Shown: positions 10,308 to 17,843 of the stretch, in pieces
How the letters are laid out: each line of letters begins with the position of its first letter
Numbering within the stretch: the stretch's first letter is position 1
Source: Alistipes sp.
GTDB lineage: Bacteria; Bacteroidota; Bacteroidia; Bacteroidales; Rikenellaceae
NCBI GenBank assembly: GCA_045656505.1
Contig: JAZORI010000058.1
Coordinates: 38,173-102,172, forward strand
DNA: 64,000 nt
Reading direction: 5' to 3'
The notes under the pieces: generated by a model
What the model saw: only the letters and a program-made list of their open reading frames with translations
Database searches by the model: none
What the model was told of the DNA's origin: nothing
Translations under genes and position numbers: made by a program

Positions 10308-10793
10308 ATGAAAAATTTCAGTATAAGAGCAATTCTGCTGTTGCTGCTTGTTTTTGTTTGCGCAACAAGCTACGCAACCACCACCGAAGAGGTTACAAAG
10401 AAGATAGAGGAGATTACAGCAAACTATAAAGATACAAAGGGCGTTGAGGTGGTCTCTGTAACCAAAGGTAACGGACTCGAACTTATTAAAATGATGCTCA
10501 AGAAGCAGTTTGGTAAGGAGTTTATGCGTGGCGTGACAAGCATTACCGTTATCGGCTATAGCGACGCCACAGAGGTGGTAAGTAATTCGCTGCGCAAGGA
10601 TTTGGATACATTCACCTCGATTCTCGAGGAGTTTGACCTGAGTGGCAATAAGGACTTTTCGCAAAATGACTATGTTCGCTGCTTCGCCCACAAAGCTGAG
10701 GATGGAACACTCTCCGACTTTGTTGTTGCAATGGAGAAAGACTCTTTAAAGATGGTGGTCTATATGGCGGGTAAGATTATTGTAGAGAAGTAG
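10308..10793 (+). CDS. Exported protein, DUF4252-like
   Basis: Start moved to ATG 10308 (MKNFSIRAILL signal peptide), downstream of TACCTTTG at 10280-10287; family recognised from memory only. Confidence 0.55.
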   Translation: MKNFSIRAILLLLLVFVCATSYATTTEEVTKKIEEITANYKDTKGVEVVSVTKGNGLELIKMMLKKQFGKEFMRGVTSITVIGYSDATEVVSNSLRKDLDTFTSILEEFDLSGNKDFSQNDYVRCFAHKAEDGTLSDFVVAMEKDSLKMVVYMAGKIIVEK

Positions 10794-10812
10794 AGCTGCT
10801 TATGTTCCAAAT

Positions 10813-10849
10813 AAAAAGGGCTGTTCAACAATGTTGGACAGCCCTTTTT
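10813..10849 (+). terminator. Bidirectional intrinsic terminator
   Basis: AAAAAGGGCTGTTCAAC-aat-GTTGGACAGCCCTTTTT. Confidence 0.8.
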
Positions 10850-10914
10850 CTGCTCGCCAATTTGGTAATAATGGCTAAAAATAATACTTTTGCGTAAAGC
10901 ATACGGATAATATT

Positions 10915-12042
10915 ATGAAGGCTCTACACTTTGGCGCAGGCAAAATTGGCCGCGGATTTATCGGCGCACTACTCCGACAATCGGGGTATAGTGTGCTCTT
11001 TGCCGATGCTCTGCCTGGGGTAGTAGAAGCTATAAACCGCGATGGCGGTTATAATGTGCATCTTGTTGGTAGTCAGTCTGTTGTTCAGCGTATAGATGGT
11101 GTTTCAGCCGTTGATGCATCTTCAGATTTGGCCGTTGAACAGATTGTTCAAGCCGATATAATTACTACAGCCGTAAGTATGACCCGCCTTGCTGATGTTG
11201 CAGCGGTTGTTGCTCGCGGTTTGGAGAGGAGATATGCTGCGGGCGTAACAAAACCGATTAATATCCTCTGCTGCGAGAATGGCATCCGCGTAACGAGCCA
11301 CCTTCGAGCACTTGTCGCAGGGCTTGTAGACTTGAATGTCGTTGGGAAAAATGTGGGTTTTGTTGACTGCTGCGTGGATAGAATTGTGCCGATAATTACG
11401 ATGGAAAATCCGCTCGATGTGGCCGTTGAGCCATATTTTGAGTGGTGTATAGATCGTACAGCAGTGGTAGGGGAGTTGCCAAACCTTAAGGATGCGCACT
11501 TTGTAGACGATATTGACGCCTATGTTTCGCGCAAACTCTTTACCCTGAATACAGCACACTGCACAACCGCCTATCTGGGCGCTCATAAGGGCTATAAATA
11601 TATCCACGAGGCGATTTGCGATGCCGAGATACGAGCGATTGTTTCGGGCGTTATGCGCGAGTGCTCAGAGGCTCTGGTGCAGAAGTTCTCTCTTCCGATG
11701 GCCGAGCAGATGAGCTATGCCGAGACCATCTTGTCGCGCTTTGCAAATGCACAATTGGGCGATACGGTTGCTCGCGTCTCTCGCGACCCGAAACGAAAAC
11801 TCTCGCCGCAGCTCTATTTTAGCTATCCGATAGCTATGGCTCTTGAGTGTGATGTTACTGTTGATTACCTTGCTACAGCAGTCGCTGCAGCACTTGCTTT
11901 TCGCTCTGTAGATGATGCGCAGAGTCTGGAACTTGGCGCAATGATTTCGCAAAAGGGTGTTGCTAAAACCGTTAGAGAGGTGTGTAAAATAGAGGATGAC
12001 GCAGTGTTGGCGCTTATAGTTGAGCGATATAGCTGGTTTTAA
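10915..12042 (+). CDS. mtlD: Mannitol-1-phosphate 5-dehydrogenase family
   Basis: ALHFGAGKIGRGFIG; CCENG; VDRIVP; RKLFTLNTAH; RVSRDPKRKL; promoter TTTG(10861)-20 nt-TACTTTTG(10885). Confidence 0.82.
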   Translation: MKALHFGAGKIGRGFIGALLRQSGYSVLFADALPGVVEAINRDGGYNVHLVGSQSVVQRIDGVSAVDASSDLAVEQIVQADIITTAVSMTRLADVAAVVARGLERRYAAGVTKPINILCCENGIRVTSHLRALVAGLVDLNVVGKNVGFVDCCVDRIVPIITMENPLDVAVEPYFEWCIDRTAVVGELPNLKDAHFVDDIDAYVSRKLFTLNTAHCTTAYLGAHKGYKYIHEAICDAEIRAIVSGVMRECSEALVQKFSLPMAEQMSYAETILSRFANAQLGDTVARVSRDPKRKLSPQLYFSYPIAMALECDVTVDYLATAVAAALAFRSVDDAQSLELGAMISQKGVAKTVREVCKIEDDAVLALIVERYSWF

Positions 12043-12062
12043 TGCGATTTTTAATTAAAAAA

Positions 12063-12093
12063 TTTGCAAAGTCAAAAATTTGCTCTATCTTTG
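12063..12093 (+). promoter_or_regulatory. Bacteroidota sigma70 promoter of tRNA-Thr
   Basis: -33 TTTG (12063-12066), 19-nt spacer, -7 TATCTTTG (12086-12093). Confidence 0.75.
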
Positions 12094-12114
12094 CAACCGC
12101 TTTTTAAGGGTAAT

Positions 12115-12186
<72 letters not shown>

Positions 12187-12187
12187 C

Positions 12188-12220
12188 AAAATGAGGAACT
12201 TGCGAGTTTCTCATTTTTTT
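12188..12220 (+). terminator. tRNA terminator
   Basis: AAAATGAGGAACT-tgcg-AGTTTCTCATTTTTTT. Confidence 0.8.
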
Positions 12221-12293
12221 GTTTGCATTCTACTGAAGATCAGTCACTTATACTTTTTTAGAATATCCCCCAAGGCGGATAAAGGCTAATAGC

Positions 12294-12328
12294 AAAAAAA
12301 TCCCGCCAGTTTGGGGCGGGATTTTTTG
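12294..12328 (-). terminator. Terminator of LRR lipoprotein gene, preceded by repeat modules
   Basis: AAAAAAATCCCGCC-agtttt-GGGGCGGGATTTTT; AAGGCTAATAGC at 12282-12293. Confidence 0.75.
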
Positions 12329-12331
12329 GAT

Positions 12332-15300
12332 TTATTTCGTTGTAATCAAGATGTCATCAATTACAAATCGAAGTTTGTTGCTTGTTGTAAATGCGATAAC
12401 ATCACCTGGGGCAATGGTTACATCGATTGAGAAATCGAGCCATTTTCCGTCATATACATAGTTGTTGCTATCTGTGTAGGATGCGCATGCACGAGGGAGT
12501 ACAACCTCTCCGACTTTGTTCCATGCGCCATCATGGAACTGATAAATCGATGCTACGCCGGTGTCGGCCATCACTGTGCTTGCCTTGAATGAGAGTGTAC
12601 AAGGTGTGCCATCGGCTGAGAGCAGGTCGCTGTAGATTGCAGGTGTTGCAAGATACTGCTCTTTTGTACCGCTTGTACCTACCTTGAGATATCCCTGATG
12701 AGGGTGCACCTCGTCAGCATGGTTCCAACCGGTAAGAGATGGAATCTTGTCCCCTGCAACAAAGTTCTCTTTGCCAAATAGAGTTGTAGAGCCATCTATA
12801 AACGGAGTAGCTACAGAAATACCCCATGTTGAGAGTTTGTGGCTTGTTGTGGCAGGATATACGCACCAGTACTCCTCTGTCACACCCTGGTGAGGGAATA
12901 CAGTCTCCTTCTTATTTGCCATAAGAGGTGTGGTTCCCGATGCATAGTTGATGTGGTCGGTCTGTAGTGTGACATCGTCAAATCCCTGATAGAGAACCTC
13001 ATTCGCTGTAGGTGTATGAGCTGCCTCGGTGGTAAATGATACCACAGGAGAGAAGTCTGACTCGCCCAATGGGAACTCCATCTCTACTTTATTTGTATAT
13101 GTATAACCGACGGTCTTTACGCGGAAGTAGTATGTGGTATTTGGTGACAATTGACCAAATGCCACAGCTGTAGGTACTGAGATATTGCTGCCATTCTTTT
13201 TGCCATACCAAGATGAAACACCGTAAGATGTTACGACTGAACCCTGGCCGTCACGGCAATAGATGTCATATACCAAGTTGGTCATCTGCTCATCTGTAGC
13301 AAGTTGTACAGCATATGCTCGATCTGTATTAGTGCCTCCCTGAATAATATCTGTCCAGCCAACAGAGAGAGTTGTAGGGCCGACGTTGTCTGTCAGTTGG
13401 TAGATATTGCCGACGGTCATTGTTATCTCATCTGAGAAAGATGCATTCTCAATGTCGGGATTTGATACCTTAATCTTGATAGGCATAGTGGCATTTAGCT
13501 CCAAATTTGACACATGGGCATGTATATATGTATTATCTTCGGTGTAAATACTGTACTCAAGCTCTGTATCACCGCTATATATCTGATATTTAGTACCATA
13601 AGGAACTTTGGTGAACTTAATCCACGCAAATCCAATACCAGGAGTGACATCTGTGATATAAGATGCGTCAAGTGTCTCAATGGCAGGTGAACCATCCGAG
13701 AAGATTATGTCTGCATAATCACTCCAACCTGTAGCAGCCTTATAGCTACTTACTGCAGACGTTGGAACATATATCTTCAGATTAGGACAATCTACAAAAG
13801 CATTCCAATACTGATCTCCACTGTATATATACGCAGCTGGAGGAGTAACTGCATTAGGAAGATATATAGCAGTTAAATTAGGACAGTTACTAAATGTATA
13901 TGGGTATATCTCAGGGCAGCCATTAATTGTAACGGTTTTTAGATTGCTGTTATTTTGTATTAATGCGCCACTAATTTGTTGGACTGATGCCGGAATTGTA
14001 AGATGCTCAATGGTTGACTCTTCTCTACCTAAAGTAATATATATATGGGTGACGCCATCAGGAACTGCGAACTCCGTCAATCCAACTGTGGCTGCTGCTA
14101 CAAGCACTCCTGCATTATTTATCAGACATCTGCCATCATCAGTTGCAAACTTGCCTTTGAATGTGGTAAGATTAGGACAATCTTCGAAAGTTCCAGCCGT
14201 AATATAAGTTACACTTTGAGGTATTGTAATTTCAGAAATGGAACATCCCGAAAAGGCATTGCCATATATCTGCTGTAGTGTATTGGGTAACTCTATTTTT
14301 GTGATATTTGAGCAGCCGTAGAATATATATGCTGAAATGCTAAAAGCACTCTGAGGAATAACAACCTCTGAGATGCCATAAGGGGCAAAACCGATGAGTT
14401 TTTGGCTGTCGTTTATAAGGAATCGACCATCAGTTGAGGCGAATTTACCTGTAAATTTGGCTAAATTTTCACAGCCAACAAATGCATTACTATTAAATGT
14501 CTCTACGCTTTGTGGAATTTGGATAGATGATATTGGGGTGTAGCTGAATGCACCGGATTCAATTACTGTTAATCCTTCTGGTAAGGTAATATCTTTCAAT
14601 CCAGTGTGTTCAAATGCATTATAGCCAATATTTTGCAGAGACTTTGGTAGTTTAATTTCGGTTAGTTCTCTGTTATATGCAAAAGCAGCAGGGTTAATGA
14701 CAGAGATACAATCAGGGAGATAGATACTCTTGAGTAGGCCACCATTATTAAATGCGACTTGTCCAATAGTGGTAATATCTCCATTGAATGTGATAGTACC
14801 CAATCCATTCTCATAGGTGTGAGATACAAGCTCTGCGCCGAATTGATCTAAATTGCGGATCTGCGGGAGAATCTCATTATTGACAGTTGTGTAGTAGATT
14901 GTGTTATTAGGAACATTATTGATATCTACAGCGATTTGGCTCATTGGCTGGATAGTGTTACGCTCGATAACAATCTCTCGGCTTGTGCTCTTGACATCTG
15001 TCATGCCATTAGTGAAGTAAATCTCTGCAGTAAAGCCTTTGGTGAATGTCTGTGGGGGCAGTGCAAAGTAGAAGTGTGTCGGCTGATCGGCCTGGAGCTT
15101 TACGCCATCTGGACAAACGAGTGTGAGCTCTCTGAAGATAGAGTCCTCAATGATGAGTGTACCGCCAACACTATTGTCATCCTCAAGAACAGCTCCTTGA
15201 GTGGCAAGAGTGACCTCAGCAGTGTGGCTGTCGATAAGGACGTCACCAGCCAGTTGCTCATTATTACCGCCCTTAAGTACGATTTTCTCGACAATAAACT

Positions 15301-15802
15301 CGCTTTTGTTGCAGAGCTGTAGGTCGAGCCAACCGCAGGTGTTTTTGAGAGAGAAATTATCCTCCTTGCTTGCTGCAATCATAATCGAAGAGCCAATGCC
15401 GTAGCTGTTTTCAGCATAAGTCTGCTCTGCAGGTAGTTGAGCCTCGACATTTAGAATCTTGCTCAGCAAGCAGTAGTCTGGGTTGTATGGATAGACTACA
15501 ACAACCTCTGAAGTTGCCTTAGAACCTTTGGCTGGGCGAACCTTCTTCAGAGTTCCGGTGCGATCACCTGTTGCGCCCTCAAATGCCCACTCTTCATTTC
15601 CATTTGATAGGTAGAATACAGATACCAAATCGCCCTCATTCCAAACAGTCTTGCCGTTACAAAGTTGAATACGGCTATTCTCTTCGAATGAAACTGTTAA
15701 TTGTTGAGGACTTTGCACTGCAATATCCTCTGTAATGTCGTTAGTACATGCTATGCATAGCAAAACGACTGATAGAAAGATAGAAGCGAAAAAATGTCTC
15801 AT
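12332..15802 (-). CDS. Modular surface lipoprotein with BspA-type leucine-rich repeats and fibronectin-III-like domains
   Basis: Lipobox LCIAC; repeats such as LTEIKLPKSLQNIGYNAF and ITKIELPNTLQQIYGNAF; Fn3-like QLSPNTTYYFRV; own promoter CAAAGGTA at 15831-15838. Confidence 0.8.
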   Translation of the reverse strand: MRHFFASIFLSVVLLCIACTNDITEDIAVQSPQQLTVSFEENSRIQLCNGKTVWNEGDLVSVFYLSNGNEEWAFEGATGDRTGTLKKVRPAKGSKATSEVVVVYPYNPDYCLLSKILNVEAQLPAEQTYAENSYGIGSSIMIAASKEDNFSLKNTCGWLDLQLCNKSEFIVEKIVLKGGNNEQLAGDVLIDSHTAEVTLATQGAVLEDDNSVGGTLIIEDSIFRELTLVCPDGVKLQADQPTHFYFALPPQTFTKGFTAEIYFTNGMTDVKSTSREIVIERNTIQPMSQIAVDINNVPNNTIYYTTVNNEILPQIRNLDQFGAELVSHTYENGLGTITFNGDITTIGQVAFNNGGLLKSIYLPDCISVINPAAFAYNRELTEIKLPKSLQNIGYNAFEHTGLKDITLPEGLTVIESGAFSYTPISSIQIPQSVETFNSNAFVGCENLAKFTGKFASTDGRFLINDSQKLIGFAPYGISEVVIPQSAFSISAYIFYGCSNITKIELPNTLQQIYGNAFSGCSISEITIPQSVTYITAGTFEDCPNLTTFKGKFATDDGRCLINNAGVLVAAATVGLTEFAVPDGVTHIYITLGREESTIEHLTIPASVQQISGALIQNNSNLKTVTINGCPEIYPYTFSNCPNLTAIYLPNAVTPPAAYIYSGDQYWNAFVDCPNLKIYVPTSAVSSYKAATGWSDYADIIFSDGSPAIETLDASYITDVTPGIGFAWIKFTKVPYGTKYQIYSGDTELEYSIYTEDNTYIHAHVSNLELNATMPIKIKVSNPDIENASFSDEITMTVGNIYQLTDNVGPTTLSVGWTDIIQGGTNTDRAYAVQLATDEQMTNLVYDIYCRDGQGSVVTSYGVSSWYGKKNGSNISVPTAVAFGQLSPNTTYYFRVKTVGYTYTNKVEMEFPLGESDFSPVVSFTTEAAHTPTANEVLYQGFDDVTLQTDHINYASGTTPLMANKKETVFPHQGVTEEYWCVYPATTSHKLSTWGISVATPFIDGSTTLFGKENFVAGDKIPSLTGWNHADEVHPHQGYLKVGTSGTKEQYLATPAIYSDLLSADGTPCTLSFKASTVMADTGVASIYQFHDGAWNKVGEVVLPRACASYTDSNNYVYDGKWLDFSIDVTIAPGDVIAFTTSNKLRFVIDDILITTK

Positions 15803-15900
15803 ATTGATTATGTTTTAGTTTGACTGCTAACAAAGGTATGAAAAATATAGATAAATTCAAACTATTTTCAATAAAAAAACTACAGGCGTTGTTAGATGGC

Positions 15901-15938
15901 AAAAAAGTCCGCCTAACAATCTCGTTAGGCGGACTTTT
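15901..15938. terminator. Terminator of the GTCCGYCTAAC family
   Basis: AAAAGTCCGCCTAAC-aatctc-GTTAGGCGGACTTTT. Confidence 0.8.
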
Positions 15939-15982
15939 GGCATCATTACGATCATAGGAGTTAGACCTTATCAAAATTCTAC

Positions 15983-17803
15983 CTACTGTGCATCTTGTAG
16001 GACGGTGAAGGTGAGGGAATATCTGGCAAGGTGGATAGTGTATTGGTTGCCATTTTTGGTCATATAATCCGTATCAAGTGGGACGTAGCCCTTAATGCCC
16101 TCGCCGATGTTGCATATGAGGTAGGCCTCCTCCATATCTGCGACAGTATTGAAGGTAAGAGAGCCTGTATTTGGCTCAGCGTATATTATACCGCTACCGA
16201 TTGCAAAGAGCTGGATATAATAGTACATGCCACATTTATCGTACACACCCGAGCCAAAATATGAGTACTTAGGGGAGAGAATATTGGCCCTATGTCCCGA
16301 GGATCGCATCCAGCTGGCGATAGCTTCAGATGGAGTCATCTTCATGCCCTTATTGGCATTTTCACCACAATTTTTAGGATGTATATGTGTAGGGTCAATA
16401 GTGGTATAGAAGTTGGAACCATCAGGGCGACGGTGGTCTAATCTATAGTCGGTGACAATCTCCTTAGCGCGAATATTACCTGCATCCTGAAGCGGTGCAA
16501 CCATTACAAGAGCGGCTTGGCCCTCCTTGAAGCGTTCTACATTAGTCAGGCGCAGCACCTCCCACTCATGCTGTGTTACAGATATTCCCGCTGGGAGCTG
16601 CGCTTGGAGTTTAGGTAGCCTCAAAGCTATACGAGGGGCGCGCGTTTGACCGTTAAGCTCCAGGCTGAAGTAGATGATGATTTTACCCTCCTTTTCATAA
16701 GCGGCATCGCTCTTTGAGTAACTCTCAACCGTGAGTTTAGAGCCGTGCGTTATAGCGGCATTAGCTACGTTTATCAGCTCATCTCGTGTAGTATTGTTGT
16801 TTACAGTATAGTTGTGTAACGCCTTAGAGAGGCTGTCGAAATCGGCATCAAGCGCCGCATCTGTTGCAGTTCCATCTATAGGCAGAACTTTATGGGCACG
16901 GAAGTAATCCTTCTCGCTACCAAGGGCAAGGATTATATTGCCGTCAATGCTACCCATAAGGTCTGCTGTCGGTGCATTATACTTATAATTGCTATCCCAC
17001 ACAGCCTTTGTTCCGTGAACTGCCGCAGCATTTACAGCTGCCAATACCTCATCGCCCGTTGTTTTGGCCGTGGTTCGGAAGTTCTGCAGTGCCACCTTCA
17101 TTCGGGTCATATCAGAACTCAGATTTATGGCATCGGCAGACTTATTCAAGGCATGCAACACTACTGTAAAGTTGTATCCCTCAAGAGTTGTGCCGTCGCA
17201 AGTGATTCCGATAGGCACACAGATATGTCCATCTGCAGTTTCGGTCGGCATCCTGCGCGTAAATGTATAACTTCCACCGGCAAGCCATATCTTCGCATTC
17301 GGAAGTTGGCTCTTCAAGTATTTGAGCAGTGTCTTGTCATTATCTACACCCGTAGCAGAGTATGACGCAGCTATCTCCTTGAGTTTTGACTTAAGTATGG
17401 TCTTGGGATTGTTCGGATTTGGGCCTCCGAGCTCTTTCCATGTATATTTCACGGTTAGCTCCCTCTCTCGAGAGAAGGTTACTCGAGCCCTCTTCCCGTT
17501 GATAGTAGCATTGATATTGCCCGATGTCGAGAAGATATTTGGTGAACCTGCTTTAATCCTCAGCTTGACAGTCATAGTATAGTCATTACCCTGAATAAAC
17601 GCGCCATTGTCCAACTCGCCATACCAAGACACTGCATACACTTCAGAACTGGCAGTCTCAGGTACACTCGCCTTGAACGAACACTTTTTGCCCACTGCCG
17701 GCTCTACGGCGGTAATGACTACCTTTGTAACATTGGCTGCTAACGCCATGAGAGGCATAAGTAGAGCGAGCAGGCAGAGTATAGATGTGAAATATCTTCT
17801 CAT
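15983..17803 (-). CDS. Exported CAP/SCP-domain protein
   Basis: Signal peptide; C-terminal EVLRLTNVER...HRRPDG...CGEN...WMRSSGHRANIL. Confidence 0.82.
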   Translation of the reverse strand: MRRYFTSILCLLALLMPLMALAANVTKVVITAVEPAVGKKCSFKASVPETASSEVYAVSWYGELDNGAFIQGNDYTMTVKLRIKAGSPNIFSTSGNINATINGKRARVTFSRERELTVKYTWKELGGPNPNNPKTILKSKLKEIAASYSATGVDNDKTLLKYLKSQLPNAKIWLAGGSYTFTRRMPTETADGHICVPIGITCDGTTLEGYNFTVVLHALNKSADAINLSSDMTRMKVALQNFRTTAKTTGDEVLAAVNAAAVHGTKAVWDSNYKYNAPTADLMGSIDGNIILALGSEKDYFRAHKVLPIDGTATDAALDADFDSLSKALHNYTVNNNTTRDELINVANAAITHGSKLTVESYSKSDAAYEKEGKIIIYFSLELNGQTRAPRIALRLPKLQAQLPAGISVTQHEWEVLRLTNVERFKEGQAALVMVAPLQDAGNIRAKEIVTDYRLDHRRPDGSNFYTTIDPTHIHPKNCGENANKGMKMTPSEAIASWMRSSGHRANILSPKYSYFGSGVYDKCGMYYYIQLFAIGSGIIYAEPNTGSLTFNTVADMEEAYLICNIGEGIKGYVPLDTDYMTKNGNQYTIHLARYSLTFTVLQDAQ

Positions 17804-17843
17804 TTGGACACTATTTTGAGTTATGTTCTATAAGCTATAGAAC

